Shown here one piece after another: positions 62,237 through 64,000 of a DNA stretch of 64,000 bases (position 1 is its first letter; every line of letters begins with the position of its first letter). Made by a program: the position numbers and the translations under genes. The DNA comes from Antedon mediterranea (Eukaryota > Animalia > Echinodermata), in contig NC_092674.1 in the NCBI RefSeq assembly GCF_964355755.1, positions 21,142,001 through 21,206,000 of the forward strand, in the 5' to 3' direction. The notes below the pieces were generated by a model, which worked only from the letters and a program-made list of their open reading frames with translations, was not told where the DNA came from and did not search any database.

Positions 62237-64000
62237 TAGGCCACCCACCCAAATGTATCAATATCAATTATATTTATATACTTAATTTATTTTTTCGGGG
62301 CTTCCCCTAGATGTAAGTTCTCTTTGAACTCAAAACTAAATACTGAGTGAATAAAAACGGCAACAAAATGTTATATCGTCCTGTAATTGAAAAACGTACG
62401 TGTGTTTATTGGAGGGAAAAAGTATGATGATTTATCATGAATTTTATGTCCGAGAGTACCATTTCCAGCCATCTGGGACGTCATTTAAAGATATATTAAT
62501 AAGAAAATAATTGTTAAAACATTTTTTGTTGAATATTCCATAATAAATAATGTAACATAATAGTTATCCATTTTGACCAAAAATTGAATAAAAAAAAAAT
62601 GTATTTACCTGAAAAAACGTGATTTAAAACAAAAAATTGTCAAATTGGCTGCCAGCCAATGGAATTTTGGTTGAATTTAATCATTTATTTTGTCATTTTA
62701 TAAGTGCAAACAATCAACAACTGGACCATGCATGGTATTGTCGTTCATTGATTGTTTTGTGATGTAATTAATGGTAATTAGTAACCATAAGGTTCGTTTG
62801 CAAACAAATTGCAAAGAAGCTGATTTCAACGGATTTGTGTAGGTATGGGTATACAGATATACCAACAAAATGTAAGGAAGGATGGGGGTGGGGAAATTTG
62901 GGGGACCCATTGACCTCATTTTATAATGCTAAAAGTTGTATCTTCGCAACAAAATATGGTATATGGTTGAGCTTGGTGTCAAAATGTACACAATTATGCC
63001 AGGAATTAAACAAAATTGGACCCTTATGACCATATCTTGACCTTCAAAAATCAGGTCAAAGGTCAATATACTAATTTTTTTTTTGGTTTAACACATACTT
63101 ATAATGTACTATCAACTAAAATGTTACATTATAAAGTGCATGTCAACTGATTTGTGTAGGGGTATGGATATACAGATATACCAAAAACAAGTGAAGAGAA
63201 ATAGGGGATGGGAATATTCTTTTTTTTTTCGTGTTAAGGTCATTGACCTTCTTTAAAAATACTAAAAATTGTATCTTCGCAACAATGTATGATAAAGGTT
63301 GATCTTGGTGTAAAAATGCACAGAGCTATACTAGAAATAACAACAAATAAAATTGGTCCACTATGACTATATCTTCACCGTTGAAAATTAGGTCATAGAT
63401 TAATATACCCATTTTTGTGTTATCCACATAAATTAGGATAGTCAATCAGTGCCCACAGAAAACCCGGATGCAGAAGCACATGACAATCTTGCCTTAATAC
63501 AGCTACAGCATTTCAGTCCTTGACACTGCCTATCGCCTTCTTTGCAGTTGCAGCATATTCCTTTTAAAAGAGCATCTGGTGCGATACTCCATGTATCATT
63601 TTCAACCTTAGATTTCCGTTACTACTATCTAGATCCCATCTTCTTTCCAACAGACTCAAGAACGTATGGGTTCAGATGTTTCCGAAGTACAACTTGTAGA
63701 TGAACCCGAAAAAAGTGCTGTGTAGCTGCATTTTCTGTTGTTGGTGGTAGACGGTCAAGTCAAGTCAAGTCAATTTCACCCTTTGCTGCTTGGTTTTGAA
63801 ACTTTTCATAACGAGCCTTTTCAAGAAGGGTCTTTTTGCTTCCATATGTAACCTGCATTGCTATTAACCCTGCTGTTTGAATGGTGTCGACTGCATATTT
63901 GTAAATGTAGTGTAGACAGTATTGGGAAACTTGCATTTATAGATTGCACATTTGGTGTGGCCATAAATGCAAGAAACCGTGTCGTTTACTGACCAACCAT
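62237..64000 (-). mobile_element. Decayed Academ(X)-like transposon, 3' part
   Basis: Minus strand 64000-63450 reads NDTVSCIYGHTK (XPG/FEN1 H3TH-like), RLPPTTENAATQHFFRVHLQ, and APDALLKGICCNCK...C..LKCCSCIKARLSC (Cys-rich C terminus), with frameshifts. A candidate TAGGCCA terminus lies at 62237, with ~320-bp subterminal repeats at 62800-63420. Confidence 0.6.

Overview
AT-rich, intron-rich animal genomic DNA, not prokaryotic. A marine invertebrate deuterostome such as an echinoderm is plausible, but this is inference only. Genes: (1) the last 10 coding exons of a glycerol kinase 5 (GK5)-like gene on + (1107-13041); (2) a complete 10-exon Fuzzy (FUZ, CPLANE/PCP effector) gene on - (18317-26368); (3) one apparently intact carbohydrate sulfotransferase gene (Sulfotransfer_2, CHST8-14-like) on - (29154-33775), followed by three decayed paralog remnants at about 36.0, 48.6-49.3 and 58.5-59.0 kb. 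The rest is a dense, nested transposon landscape. It includes a very young intact CsRn1-clade Gypsy element with identical LTRs ending in non-canonical AA, inserted in a dead L2/CR1 LINE. It also has non-autonomous Helitrons (one composite), Harbinger-, Kolobok- and MULE-like MITEs/foldbacks, Academ-like elements, SINEs, minisatellites, and a full-cloverleaf tRNA-like unit (anticodon ATC) inside a (TA)n tract. Short TA-flanked insertions (TACAGTA, TAGCCTA, TAGGCCTA) that look like cut-and-paste excision scars are frequent and pile up just inside the FUZ 5' end. No CRISPR or prokaryotic system is seen. All calls were made by eye without database searches.
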